Below are positions 37,513-47,583 of a stretch of DNA of 64,000 nt, piece by piece. The notes under the pieces were generated by a model. The model was given only the letters and a program-made list of their open reading frames with translations, made no database searches and was not told the DNA's origin. Origin of the DNA: Myxococcota bacterium (GTDB taxonomy: Bacteria > Myxococcota_A > UBA9042 > PHBI01 > JAWLBL01); the NCBI GenBank assembly GCA_041687695.1, contig JAWLBL010000003.1, positions 87,660-151,659 on the forward strand, written 5' to 3'. Made by a program: the position numbers and the translations under genes. Position 1 is the first letter of the stretch, and each line of letters opens with the position of its first letter.

Positions 37513-38163
37513 TCAGGGCAGGCGGGCCTTGCCGAGGCCGGGGAGGGTGTCGCCGGGGCCGCCGCCGCGGGCGCCGCTGACGACGGTGGGGCGGCACAGG
37601 TAGTAGCCCTGGAAGTAGTCGAAGCCCATGGCGCGGCAGCGATCGAAGTCGTCGCGGGTCTCGACCTTCTCGGCGACCAGCTCGACGCCCATGGCGCGCA
37701 GGCGGGCGTAGCGGGTGGCGAGGAGATCGGGCGGGGTGGCCTGGACGTCGAGCTTGACGATGTGGGCCAGGGCCAGCAGGGGCTCGAGCTCGGGGCGGCC
37801 GTCGAAGTCGTCGAGGGCGATGCGGTAGCCGGCGGCGGCCAGGCGGCCGAGGGCCTCGACCAGGGCGTCGTCGACCTCGATGTCTTCGAGGATCTCGAGC
37901 ACGACGCGGTCCTGGGGCAGCGGCACCGGGAAGGGGCCGACGATGAAGCTGCGCGGCAGGTTGATGTAGGCGCGGTGGTCGCCGACGATCTTGTCGAGGC
38001 CGATCTCGAGGAAGGTGTTGAGCATCACCCGCGCCGAGGCCTCGTCGGGGTCGCTGAAGCGGGCCTGGTCGTCGTGCTCGTCGCCGCGGAAGAGGAGCTC
38101 GTAGGCCACGACCGACAGGTCGCGGTCGTAGATGGGCTGGCGGCCGACGTAGACGCGCATCAT
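37513..38163 (-). CDS. Stand-alone EAL domain protein (YuxH-like N-terminal half, no HDOD)
   Basis: GRQPIYD..AYELLFR, VVLEILE, IALDDF, IVKLD, AEKVET, FQGYY. Confidence 0.88.
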   Translation of the reverse strand: MMRVYVGRQPIYDRDLSVVAYELLFRGDEHDDQARFSDPDEASARVMLNTFLEIGLDKIVGDHRAYINLPRSFIVGPFPVPLPQDRVVLEILEDIEVDDALVEALGRLAAAGYRIALDDFDGRPELEPLLALAHIVKLDVQATPPDLLATRYARLRAMGVELVAEKVETRDDFDRCRAMGFDYFQGYYLCRPTVVSGARGGGPGDTLPGLGKARLP

Positions 38164-38381
38164 GGAAGACGGACAACCTCCGGGCCCGCGCGGCCCGTCT
38201 GGCCCTTATAGCGGTGTCGGACTCGATCGGTCTACTAAGCGCGGTCGGCGGCGGCGCGCGCCCCGCTCGCGTCCGCTGCCGCGTGCCGAGGCGCGCGGTG
38301 GGCGGCGTTGCGGGCCGGGGGCGGGTCCGTTAGGAAGACGGGCGCGTTCCGGCCGGGAGGGACGCGCGGGAGCGACGGCGC

Positions 38382-39149
38382 GTGAAGTACTTCCGAACGG
38401 TGATGGCCTGGGTGCTGGGGATCTTCTGGACCGCGCTGGTGGCCGCGGTGGCGTTCGTGGCCGCGTTCGTGGATCGGCGGGGCGTCGTCTGGTGGCCCGC
38501 GTCGCGCCTGTGGGCGCGGGTGCTGCTGACGACCGGGGTGACGCGGCTGCGCCTGGTCGGCGCGGAGCGGATGGCCGCCATGCGCGGGGTCGTCTTCATG
38601 GCCAACCACCAGAGCCACTTCGACCCGCCGGCCCTCATCGCGGTGAGCGAGCGGCCGTGGTTCTTCCTGACCAAGAAGGAGCTGGCCTACTTCCCGATCT
38701 TCGGCTGGGCGCTGTGGATGGTCGGCCACATCTTCATCGACCGGAAGAACCCCAAGCGCGCGCGGGCCAGCATCGCGCGGGCGGCCGCCAAGATCGCGGC
38801 CGGCAAGAACGTCGTCATCTTCCCCGAGGGCACGCGCGCGGTCGGCGAGCAGCTGCTGCCGTTCAAGAAGGGCGGCTTCGTGCTGGCCATCCAGGGCGGC
38901 GTGCCAATCGTGCCGGTGGGCATCGCCGGGACGCGCGAGGTGCTGCCCAAGGGGTGGCGCTGGATGGGCAGCGGGCCTGTGACCATCGTGGTGGGCGAGC
39001 CGATCGACACCAGCGGCTACGCGATGGAGGACAAGGAGGCGCTGATGGCGTTGGTGCACCAGCGCATCGTGGCGCTGAGGGAGCGGGCCTACTCGCTCAA
39101 CGAACCCGAGGACGCCGAGCGGCTGGCCGAAGCGGTGCGCAGCGGCTGA
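38382..39149 (+). CDS. plsC: 1-acyl-sn-glycerol-3-phosphate acyltransferase
   Basis: NHQSHFD, FIDR, IFPEGTR, PFKKGGF and IVPV motifs. Confidence 0.92.
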   Translation: MKYFRTVMAWVLGIFWTALVAAVAFVAAFVDRRGVVWWPASRLWARVLLTTGVTRLRLVGAERMAAMRGVVFMANHQSHFDPPALIAVSERPWFFLTKKELAYFPIFGWALWMVGHIFIDRKNPKRARASIARAAAKIAAGKNVVIFPEGTRAVGEQLLPFKKGGFVLAIQGGVPIVPVGIAGTREVLPKGWRWMGSGPVTIVVGEPIDTSGYAMEDKEALMALVHQRIVALRERAYSLNEPEDAERLAEAVRSG

Positions 39150-39161
39150 GGGGGCGGTGGC

Positions 39162-40121
39162 TCAGCGGCGGCGCTCGCGCTTTTCGCGCTTGCGGATGAC
39201 CTCGGCGGCGCGCTTGGCCTTGATCTGCGGCGACGGGGGCTTGCCGGGGTGGCAGCGCTGCTCGGCGTGGTGCTCTTGCAGGGCGCCGGGAGAGACGCCG
39301 AGGTCGAAGAGCGTGACCTCGCGGCGGCCGCGCTCGCCCATGCGCAGCGGCATGACCGAGGCGCCGATGCCCGCGCCGACGTAGACGGCGCCGGAGGGCG
39401 GGACCTCGCGGCGGGTGCCGTACAGGCCGTGGACGTAGCGGTGGCCGATCATGCGGCCCAGGGTCAGCTCGTGCAGGCGGGCGAAGGTCAGCTGGCCGGC
39501 GTGGGTGTGGCCGGACAGGACCAGCGGCACGCCGGCGGCCCACAGGGCGTCGGCCTCCTCGGCGATGTGCGACAGGCCGATGGTGGGCAGATCGCGGCGC
39601 AGGCCGCGGACGGCGCGGGCGTGGTCGGCGTGGCCGGTGTAGGCGTCGTCGAGGCCGACGACCTGAAGGCGCTCGCCGCGCAGGGTGATGGTGGTGTGGG
39701 CGTTGTCGAGGACCTCGGCGCCGGCGCGGCGCAGGGCGCGGCGGACCTCGGGGGCGCCGGCCCAGTGGTCGTGGTTGCCGAGGACGGCGAAGACGGGGGC
39801 CTCGAACGCGGCGATGACCTCGCCGAGGGCGTCGAGGTAGGCCAGGCTGTGGGCGACGAAGTCGCCGGTGAGGGCGACGACGTCGGGGCGCTGGGCGTTG
39901 GCGAGGCCGACGGCGGCGCGCTGGACGCGCATGGGCGTGACCAGGCCGACGTGCTGGTCGGTCAGGTGGGCGACCCGCAGCGGCGTGGCCAGCTGCTCGC
40001 AGTGGCGCTCGGTGCCGGCGAAGCGGCGCAGCTCGACCCCGGCCAGCCGGACGGGGCCAGCCTCGCCGGTCAGCTCGGTCGGCGGCGCGCTGGGGAAGGG
40101 GTGCGAGGGGCGTTTGGCCAT
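39162..40121 (-). CDS. Metallophosphoesterase (YkuE/YaeI type)
   Basis: TDQH, TGDF, GNHDH and SGHTHAGQ motifs. Confidence 0.92.
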   Translation of the reverse strand: MAKRPSHPFPSAPPTELTGEAGPVRLAGVELRRFAGTERHCEQLATPLRVAHLTDQHVGLVTPMRVQRAAVGLANAQRPDVVALTGDFVAHSLAYLDALGEVIAAFEAPVFAVLGNHDHWAGAPEVRRALRRAGAEVLDNAHTTITLRGERLQVVGLDDAYTGHADHARAVRGLRRDLPTIGLSHIAEEADALWAAGVPLVLSGHTHAGQLTFARLHELTLGRMIGHRYVHGLYGTRREVPPSGAVYVGAGIGASVMPLRMGERGRREVTLFDLGVSPGALQEHHAEQRCHPGKPPSPQIKAKRAAEVIRKREKRERRR

Positions 40122-40200
40122 GGCGGGCACACTATAGGTCCAGGGGCTGGGTCGACCAAGCGCGCGATGGGGGGCGTCGCCGGGGGGCGCGCGGGGCCGA

Positions 40201-40710
40201 TCAGGACGCGTGGCCGCCCTCGTCGGGGCCGTGGTGGTGGCCGCCCTTGACCACCAGGACCGGCACCTTGGCGAGGCGGACCACCTTGTCGGCGGTCGAG
40301 CCCATCATCGCGTTGCGCAGCTTGGAGTGGCCGTGCGAGCCGATGACGAGGCGGGCGGCGTCCAGGTCGTCGGCGGCGTGGAGGATGGCCTCGGCGGGGC
40401 GGCCCTCGACCACCTCGACCTGGACGGCGAGCCCTGGGTGGGCTTCGGCGAGGCGGCGGGCCTCGTCGGCCAGGGCGCGCTCGGCGCGGTCGGTCCACGA
40501 GGCCTGCAGGTCGCTCCAGACGGGGGTCATGGCGTTGCCGCCCATCCACTCGAGCCCGACCGGGACCGGGGGGACGCCGCGGACGTGGAGCAGGATCAGC
40601 ACGCCGCCGGTGGCGACGACCTCGTCGGCGACCTCGTCGGCGGCGGCGCGGGCGGCCTCGGAGAAGTCGTGCGCCACCAGCCATCGCTTGGGGGTCGGAG
40701 CCTCGATCAT
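40201..40710 (-). CDS. Universal stress protein
   Basis: LVAHDFS, EGRPAEAI, GSHG....MMGSTADKVVRLAKVPVLVVK. Confidence 0.93.
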   Translation of the reverse strand: MIEAPTPKRWLVAHDFSEAARAAADEVADEVVATGGVLILLHVRGVPPVPVGLEWMGGNAMTPVWSDLQASWTDRAERALADEARRLAEAHPGLAVQVEVVEGRPAEAILHAADDLDAARLVIGSHGHSKLRNAMMGSTADKVVRLAKVPVLVVKGGHHHGPDEGGHAS

Positions 40711-40840
40711 GGCGCGGCCTCGTGTCGGGGAGAGGCGCCCAAGGTATCACGGGCCCCGCGCCGCCGGTGACGCTCCGGCCCCCGTTGTGCCGCGGGCACG
40801 GGCCTTCTATGCTCGCGACCGCGTTGACCTGGAGGCGCCG

Positions 40841-43714
40841 TTGACCCGCCCGACCCTGGGACCGTTCACCTTGCTCGACCAGCTCGGGAAGGGGGGCATG
40901 GGCGTCGTGTGGCTGGCCGAGGACACGCGCCTCGGGCGGCTGGTCGCGCTCAAGGTGCTGCGGCCCGAGCTGGCCGCCGACGCGACGCGCCGGCTGCGCT
41001 TCCTCCGCGAGGCCCGCACCGCCGCCGCGCTGGTCCACCCGCGCATCGCCACCGTCTTCGAGGTGGGCGAGGCCGCGGGCGAGCTGTTCATCGCCATGGA
41101 GCTGGTCGAGGGCCGCTCGCTCCGCGACGCGATCGACGGGGCCCTGCGCGACGGGGCCCTGGGCGACGGGGGGGCGCTGAGCGCAGCGGACGCGCTGCCC
41201 ATCGCCCGCGACATCGCCGAGGCCCTGTCGGCCGCCCACGCCGCCAGCGTCGTCCACCGCGACCTCAAGCCCGACAACGTCGTCCTCACCCACGACGGCC
41301 GCGCCAAGCTGCTCGACTTCGGCATCGCCAAGGCCCTGTCCCCGGTCGACGCCGTCGCCGCCTCCGGCCTGACCCCCTCGGGCGGCACCCTCACCCGCGA
41401 GGGCTCCATCCTGGGCACCCCGGGCTACATGTCCCCCGAGCAGGCCCGCGGCCTCGCCGCCGACGCCCGCTCCGACGTCTTCTCCTTCGGCGTCCTCCTC
41501 TACGAGCTGCTGACCGGCCGGCCGCCCTTCCAGGGCCCCACCCCGCTCGACGTGCTGACCTCCGTCGTCCGCGACGCCCCGCCGCCCCCGGCCCGCCTCG
41601 CCCCGGCCACCCCCGCCTGGCTCGACGCCCTGGTCATCCGCTGCCTCGACAAGGACGCCGCCGGCCGCCCCCAGAGCGGCGCCGCCCTCGTCGCCCTGCT
41701 CGACGACGCCGGCCGCGGCCAGCTCCCCGATCACCTCCTGCCCGCCACCCGCCCGCTGCGCCCCTACGCCACCGGCGACGATCTGGCCCTCGCCGACACC
41801 CTCGACGGCGCCCGCGGCCCCCAAGCCCCCGACGGCGCCGACCACGGCGACGACGCGGACCCGGACCTCGTCCCTCCCGGCCGCCCCGGCTGGCTGCTGC
41901 CCGCCCTGGCGCTGGGCCTGCTGGCCGCCGGGCTGCTCCTGTGGGCCACCACCGGGCCGCCGCCCGACCCGCCGACGGCCACCCTCGACGTCGCGCCGAC
42001 CCTGCGCGCCCCCCGCAGCCTGCGCCTCGAGCGCGTCACCTCGGACGGCGGCAAGCGCCCCGTGACCGCCGCCGCCCTGGCCCCGAGCGGGACCTTCCTG
42101 GCCTACGCCGACGCCGACGGCCTGCAGGTCGTGTCGCTGGGCAGCGGCAACCGGCGCGCCCTGCCGCTGCCCGCCGGCTCGCGCGTCGACGCCCTGCGCT
42201 GGTTCCCCGACGGCGAGCGCCTGGCCCTGCTGCGCTCGACTCCGGACAGCCCGGCGCCGCCCCAGGTCGAGATCCACACCCTGCTCGGCGACCGCGCCCG
42301 CGCCCTGGATCTCACCGCCCGCGCCCTGGCCGTCTCGCCCGACGGCACGCAGCTCGCCCTGCTGACCGAGCGCGGCCTCGTCGTGGTCCCAGCCCAGGGC
42401 CCGACCGCCGAGGCCCTCCCCGATCCGCTGCTCCCGGCCGCCGGCCTGCACGCCTTCGCCTTCTCGCCCGACGGCGCGCGGCTGGCCGTGCTGCGCGACG
42501 GCGACCTCGGCCCGGTGGTCGCCACCCTGCCGGCCACCGGCGGGCCTCAGCGCGAGGTCGCGACCCTGCCCGGCCTGGGCGGCGGCGCCGCGCTGGCCTG
42601 GCTGCCCGACGGGCGCCTCGTCTGGGCCCAGCCCGGCGGCCCCGACGGATCGCCGGGCGCCGCGCTGTGGGCCGCCCGCGTCGCGGAGACCGGCGCCTCC
42701 GAGGGGCCGCCCGCGCTGCTCGCCGAGTGGCCCACGCACCAGGCGGCCGAGCTGACCGCCGACGCCCGGGGGCGGGTGGCCGTCCTGCGCCGCCGGACCC
42801 GCCGGGCCCTCGACGTGAGGGAGCTCGATCGAGGCGGCCTCGCCCTGGGTCCGCCGCGGGGTCGGGCCGCCAGCGCGGCGGACGTCGCGCGCGTGAGCGC
42901 CTGGAGCCCCGACGGCGCCGAGGTCTGGTTGGACGTCCAGCGCGAGGACGCCTGGGTCTCGACGGCCCAAGCCCTCCCCCGCGACGCCGACGGGGTGGCG
43001 CCCGGCCTGTCCAACGCGACCGGCGCCGTGCCCACCCCCGACGGCGCGGCCCGCCTGTACTGGGCGACCGACCCGCCTGGGCCGCACGCGACCTCGACCG
43101 CGCGCCTGATGCGCCAGCCCCTGGGGGGCGGGCCGGCGGCGGTCCTGCTCGAGGTGCGCGACGCCCGCCCCGACGCCGCGCGCCCGCCGCCGACCCTGCA
43201 CGACGTCCGCTGCGCCCGCGGCGAGGGCCGCCCCTGCGTCCTGCGCGAGCTCGACGCCGCCGAGGCGCGCTGGCAGCGCTTCAGCCTGCTCGACCCCGAT
43301 CGCGGCACCCTGGTCCCGCTGACCACCCTCGACCACGCGACGCCCCGGCCGGCGCCCGGCTGGGATCTGTCGATCGACGGCACCCAGATCGTCTCCGTCG
43401 ATCCCGCGGGCGGCCTCGACCTCTTCGGGGTCGCCGATCCGCACCCGCGCCGGCTCACGTTGCAGGCCGACGGCGCCCCCTGCCGGCCGCGCGACGTGGC
43501 CTGGCTCGCCAGCGGCGCGGCGGTCCTGGTGACCTGCGCCCGCGGCGAGACCGCCTCGGATCTGGCCCACATCGACGCCAGCGGGCATGTCACGGCCCTC
43601 ACCTCCCGCCCCGAGGCGCTCGTCGCCTCGCCTCGCCTGTCGCCCGACGGGCGCGGCGTGGCCTTCGCGCTGACCACGACCGCCGCCGACGTCTGGACGC
43701 TCGACGGCCTGTGA
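40841..43714 (+). CDS. Transmembrane Ser/Thr protein kinase with TolB-like beta-propeller ectodomain
   Basis: GKGGMG, VALK, HRDLKPDN, DFG, GTPGYMSPE; TM segment; repeated SPDG blades; TTG start with GGAGG RBS. Confidence 0.92.
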   Translation: MTRPTLGPFTLLDQLGKGGMGVVWLAEDTRLGRLVALKVLRPELAADATRRLRFLREARTAAALVHPRIATVFEVGEAAGELFIAMELVEGRSLRDAIDGALRDGALGDGGALSAADALPIARDIAEALSAAHAASVVHRDLKPDNVVLTHDGRAKLLDFGIAKALSPVDAVAASGLTPSGGTLTREGSILGTPGYMSPEQARGLAADARSDVFSFGVLLYELLTGRPPFQGPTPLDVLTSVVRDAPPPPARLAPATPAWLDALVIRCLDKDAAGRPQSGAALVALLDDAGRGQLPDHLLPATRPLRPYATGDDLALADTLDGARGPQAPDGADHGDDADPDLVPPGRPGWLLPALALGLLAAGLLLWATTGPPPDPPTATLDVAPTLRAPRSLRLERVTSDGGKRPVTAAALAPSGTFLAYADADGLQVVSLGSGNRRALPLPAGSRVDALRWFPDGERLALLRSTPDSPAPPQVEIHTLLGDRARALDLTARALAVSPDGTQLALLTERGLVVVPAQGPTAEALPDPLLPAAGLHAFAFSPDGARLAVLRDGDLGPVVATLPATGGPQREVATLPGLGGGAALAWLPDGRLVWAQPGGPDGSPGAALWAARVAETGASEGPPALLAEWPTHQAAELTADARGRVAVLRRRTRRALDVRELDRGGLALGPPRGRAASAADVARVSAWSPDGAEVWLDVQREDAWVSTAQALPRDADGVAPGLSNATGAVPTPDGAARLYWATDPPGPHATSTARLMRQPLGGGPAAVLLEVRDARPDAARPPPTLHDVRCARGEGRPCVLRELDAAEARWQRFSLLDPDRGTLVPLTTLDHATPRPAPGWDLSIDGTQIVSVDPAGGLDLFGVADPHPRRLTLQADGAPCRPRDVAWLASGAAVLVTCARGETASDLAHIDASGHVTALTSRPEALVASPRLSPDGRGVAFALTTTAADVWTLDGL

Positions 43715-43722
43715 GCCCCACC

Positions 43723-44409
43723 ATGAAGCGCACGCTCCACTTCGACGCCGCCTACGAGGAGTGGGCGACCCTCGCCGACGGCACCCGGGTCGTCCTACGC
43801 CTGGTCCAGCCCTCGGACAAGTCGCTGCTGCTGCACGGCTTCCGCGAGATGTCGCCCGAGTCGCGCTATCGGCGCTTCCTGAGCGCCCGCGGGCAGCTCA
43901 GCGAGGCGGATCTGCGCTACTTCACCGAGGTCGACCAGCGCGACCACTTCGCCATCGGCGCCGCGGCCCCGCACCCCGAGCTGGGCGAGGAGGGGCTGGG
44001 CGTCGCGCGCTTCGTGCGCCTGTCCGGCGAGCCCGCGGTCGCCGAGCCGGCCATCGCCGTGGTCGACCGGATGCAGGGCAAGGGCCTCGGGCGCCTGCTG
44101 TTCATGCGCCTGGTGGCCGCGGCGGCCGAGCGCGACGTCGCGCGCTTTCGCTTCGACATCCTGGCCGACAACGAGGGGATGCGCGCGTTGGCGCTCGACA
44201 TCGCGCCCGACGCGACCTTCCGCGAGGACGGCGACATCGTCGAGGTCGAGCTGCCGCTGCCGACGGTCGAGCCGGCCCGCTCCACCGAGGCGCCGGGGCT
44301 GGGCTCGGCCCTGTACCGCATCTTCCGCAAGACCGCGCGGGGGCTGCTGAACATCCGGCCGCGGGCGACACGCACCGGGGCGCCCGCCGGGGACGAGGAG
44401 CCGACGTGA
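43723..44409 (+). CDS. GNAT-family acetyltransferase (Pat-like GNAT domain)
   Basis: MSPESRYRRF, LGVARFVR, AEPAIAVVDRMQGKGLG, ILADN.GM. Confidence 0.9.
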   Translation: MKRTLHFDAAYEEWATLADGTRVVLRLVQPSDKSLLLHGFREMSPESRYRRFLSARGQLSEADLRYFTEVDQRDHFAIGAAAPHPELGEEGLGVARFVRLSGEPAVAEPAIAVVDRMQGKGLGRLLFMRLVAAAAERDVARFRFDILADNEGMRALALDIAPDATFREDGDIVEVELPLPTVEPARSTEAPGLGSALYRIFRKTARGLLNIRPRATRTGAPAGDEEPT

Positions 44410-47400
44410 GGCGCTGGGCCGCGTGGGCTCTGGCGCTGTGCCTGCTGGCCCCGGCCGGCGCCGCGGCGGCCCCGACGCCGCGTGACCTCGCGCGCCTCGA
44501 GGCGGCCGCGCAGAAGGTCCGCGACCACCAGGCCAAGGGGCAGCTCTTCGCGGCCCGCAAGGCGGCCGAGGCGCGGCTGAAGCTGGCCGATCGCCTGCTG
44601 CCCGACGGGGACCCGCTGCGGCTCGCGGCGCTCGAGGAGGCGGCGCGCGCGCGGCAGTCGACCGGCGATCACCTGGGCGCGCTGACGCTGTACGAGCGCG
44701 TGCTGGCGCTGCGCGAGGCGGCGCTGGGCCCCGATCACCCGGACCTGCTGACGGCCATCGACGCGCTGGCCTTCGCCTGCTGGATTCGGCGCGAGGACGC
44801 GCGCGCCGAGGCGCTGTACGCGCGCGGCATGGAGCTGCGCGAGCGGCACTTCCCGCCCGACGACCTGCGCATCCCCATCGCGCTGCAGGTGCAGGCGTCG
44901 CTCTACACCACTCAGGGGCACTGGTCGCGCGCCGAGGCGCTCTACGAGCAGGTGATCGAGCGCTACGAGCGGCACCCCACCGGCAAGACGATGGTCGGCG
45001 GGGTCCTCATCGGCCTCGCGTGGGTGCAGGTCTTCAAGCGGGATCTCGGGCGGGCCGAGGTCCTGCTGGAGCGGGTGGTCGCCTCGTTCGAGCAGCAGTT
45101 CGGCAAGGACAGCCCGCACCTGGCGCCCATCCTCTTGATGATCGCCCAGCTCTGGGACCGCGAGGGCCTCCCCGCCAAGGCCGCCCCGCTGTACGACCGG
45201 GTCGAGGCCGTCTTCCGGGCGGAGCTGGCGGCCCAGGAGGCCAAGCTCGGCGCCGACTCGGCGCAGCTGGCCTACCCCATCGACAACCTGGCCCGCCTGG
45301 TGCAGGCCCGCCGCCAGTGGGACGAGGCCGAGGCCCTGCACCGGCGCAGCCTGGCCATCCACGAGCGGCAGGCCGGTCCCGACTCGGCGGCGATCAGCGC
45401 GCCGGTCTTCGCCCTGTACGCCATCGCCCGCGAGCGCGGTGACCTGGACACGGCCCGCGCGCACCTCACGCGCATGCAGGCCCTGCAGGAGCGCCTGTTC
45501 GGGCCGGCCCACGCGACCGCCCCCATGATGCTGCTGGCCGACGTGGCCCGCGAGCAGGGCCGCCTGGACGAGGCCCTGGGCTTCGCGCGGCGCGTCCGCA
45601 AGAGCTTCGAGCAGCAGTACGGCCCGCGCCACCCGCACGTCGCGCCGCAGATCGAGCAGGAGGCCGTCATCACGCTGGCCCGCGGCGACGCCAAGCGGGC
45701 GCTGACGCTCATGCAGCAGGCCCAGGCCATCCAGGAGCCCGCCATCGCGCTGGTCCTGGCCGCCGGCGCCGAGGCCGACAACCGCGTGTACATGGCCAAC
45801 CTGGCCTACCAGCTGGACTACGCGGTGTCGCTCAGCGCCCGCGACGCGCCGGACGACCCGGCGGCGGCGAGCTTCGCGCTCGACACGCTGCTGCGGCGCA
45901 AGGGGCGCGTCCTGGACGCCGTGACCGACGGCATGGCGGCCCTGCGCAAGCAGCTCGATCCAGCCGACCGGCAGCTGCTCGAGCAGCTGGCCGCGGGTCG
46001 CTCGCAGCTGGCGAAGCTGGTGCTGACCGGGCCGGCGGCCTTCGGCGACCCGGGCGCCTATGCGCGCGAGGTGGCTCGGCTGGAGAGCGACGTGCGGCGC
46101 CTCGAGGCGGCGGTGCGGGACAAGAGCGCCGCCTACCGCGCCCAGTCGGTGCCGGTGTCGATCCAGGCCGTGCAGAAGGCGCTGCCGCCCGGCGCGGCGC
46201 TGCTGGAGATCGCGCGCTATCGGCCACACGACCCGGCCGCCCGGGGGGAGCAGCGGCTGGGGCCGCCCGAGTACGCGGCGTACGTGCTGGGGCCCACGGG
46301 GCCGCCGCGGCTGGCGCGGCTGGGAGACGCCGCCACCATCGACCGGCTGGTGGGCGAGCTGCGCGAGGCGCTGGCCAGCCCCGAGCGCGACGACGTCGTC
46401 GCCGTCGCGCAGCGGCTGTACGCGCGGGTCATGGCGCCGGTGATGCCGCTGCTGGGCCAGGGGGCCGAGGCGCCCACCCATCTGGTGGTTTCGCCGGACG
46501 GCGCGCTGAACCTGGTGCCGTTCGGGGCGCTGGCCGATCCGGCCGGGCGCTGGCTCGTGCAGCGCTTCACCTTCAGCTACGTGACCTCGGGTCGGGATCT
46601 ACTGCGCCTGGGCGTGCGCGTGCCGCCCAAGAGCGGACCGCTGGTGGTCGCGGACCCCGACTTCGACGAGGGGGCCGCCGCGCCCGGGGCCCAGGGCGAG
46701 GCGCCCGCGCCGCCGCCGGCCCAGACCCGCGGGCGCCGCTCGCGCGATCTGCGGGGCACGGTGTGGCAGCCGCTGCCGGCGACGGCCGAAGAGGCCAGGG
46801 AGCTGGCCGCGTTGCTGTCGGAGGCGACGGTGCTGACCGGCGAGCGGGCGACCGAGACGGCGCTCAAGCAGGTGGCCGGGCCGCGGCTGCTGCACGTCGC
46901 GACGCACGGGTTCTTCCTGCCGGGTGACGAGACGCCCGAGGCGACCGCGGGCGCCCAGGGGCTGGGGGTAGGCCCGGCCGCGCCGCCGCAGGGCGGGCCC
47001 GAGAACCCGCTGCTGCGGTCGGGGTTGGCGCTGACGGCGGCCAACCACCTGGCCAGCGGCGAGGACGACGGCGTGCTGACGGCGCTCGAGGCGGCGGGGC
47101 TGGACCTGTGGGGGACGCAGCTGGTGGTGCTGTCGGCCTGCGAGACCGGGGTCGGCGAGGTGACGCGCGGCGAGGGGGTGCAGGGGCTGCGGCGGGCGCT
47201 GGTGATGGCGGGCGCCGAGAGCCAGGTGATGAGCCTGTGGCAGGTCGACGACGTGGCGACGCGCGAGCTGATGAGCGACTACTACCGCCGGCTGGTGGCG
47301 GGGGAGGGGCGCGCCGAGGCGCTGCGCCAGGTGCAGCTGGCGATGGTGGGGCGGCGCGAGCGCCGGCATCCCTTCTACTGGGCGAGCTTCATCCCGGCTG

Positions 47401-47459
47401 GCCACTGGGGCCCGCTGGACGGGGCGCCGGCGCCGGCCGGCGGGGCGGCCTCACCCTGA
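44406..47459 (+). CDS. Exported TPR + CHAT (caspase-like, clan CD) protein
   Basis: Signal peptide; kinesin-light-chain-like TPRs; SPDGALNLVPF, LHVATHGFF, VLSACETG, MSLWQV, HPFYWASF. Confidence 0.93.
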   Translation: MRRWAAWALALCLLAPAGAAAAPTPRDLARLEAAAQKVRDHQAKGQLFAARKAAEARLKLADRLLPDGDPLRLAALEEAARARQSTGDHLGALTLYERVLALREAALGPDHPDLLTAIDALAFACWIRREDARAEALYARGMELRERHFPPDDLRIPIALQVQASLYTTQGHWSRAEALYEQVIERYERHPTGKTMVGGVLIGLAWVQVFKRDLGRAEVLLERVVASFEQQFGKDSPHLAPILLMIAQLWDREGLPAKAAPLYDRVEAVFRAELAAQEAKLGADSAQLAYPIDNLARLVQARRQWDEAEALHRRSLAIHERQAGPDSAAISAPVFALYAIARERGDLDTARAHLTRMQALQERLFGPAHATAPMMLLADVAREQGRLDEALGFARRVRKSFEQQYGPRHPHVAPQIEQEAVITLARGDAKRALTLMQQAQAIQEPAIALVLAAGAEADNRVYMANLAYQLDYAVSLSARDAPDDPAAASFALDTLLRRKGRVLDAVTDGMAALRKQLDPADRQLLEQLAAGRSQLAKLVLTGPAAFGDPGAYAREVARLESDVRRLEAAVRDKSAAYRAQSVPVSIQAVQKALPPGAALLEIARYRPHDPAARGEQRLGPPEYAAYVLGPTGPPRLARLGDAATIDRLVGELREALASPERDDVVAVAQRLYARVMAPVMPLLGQGAEAPTHLVVSPDGALNLVPFGALADPAGRWLVQRFTFSYVTSGRDLLRLGVRVPPKSGPLVVADPDFDEGAAAPGAQGEAPAPPPAQTRGRRSRDLRGTVWQPLPATAEEARELAALLSEATVLTGERATETALKQVAGPRLLHVATHGFFLPGDETPEATAGAQGLGVGPAAPPQGGPENPLLRSGLALTAANHLASGEDDGVLTALEAAGLDLWGTQLVVLSACETGVGEVTRGEGVQGLRRALVMAGAESQVMSLWQVDDVATRELMSDYYRRLVAGEGRAEALRQVQLAMVGRRERRHPFYWASFIPAGHWGPLDGAPAPAGGAASP

Positions 47460-47583
47460 ACGGACGCGAAAAAGCCGCGGCTGGGGCCGCCGGGGGAACC
47501 CTGGGCGGGCTCGCGTGTCTGTGCTATCCGTTTCGCGCCACACGAGCCGCGCGACACGGCTTCTCACGACAGTCTGGGGGGAA

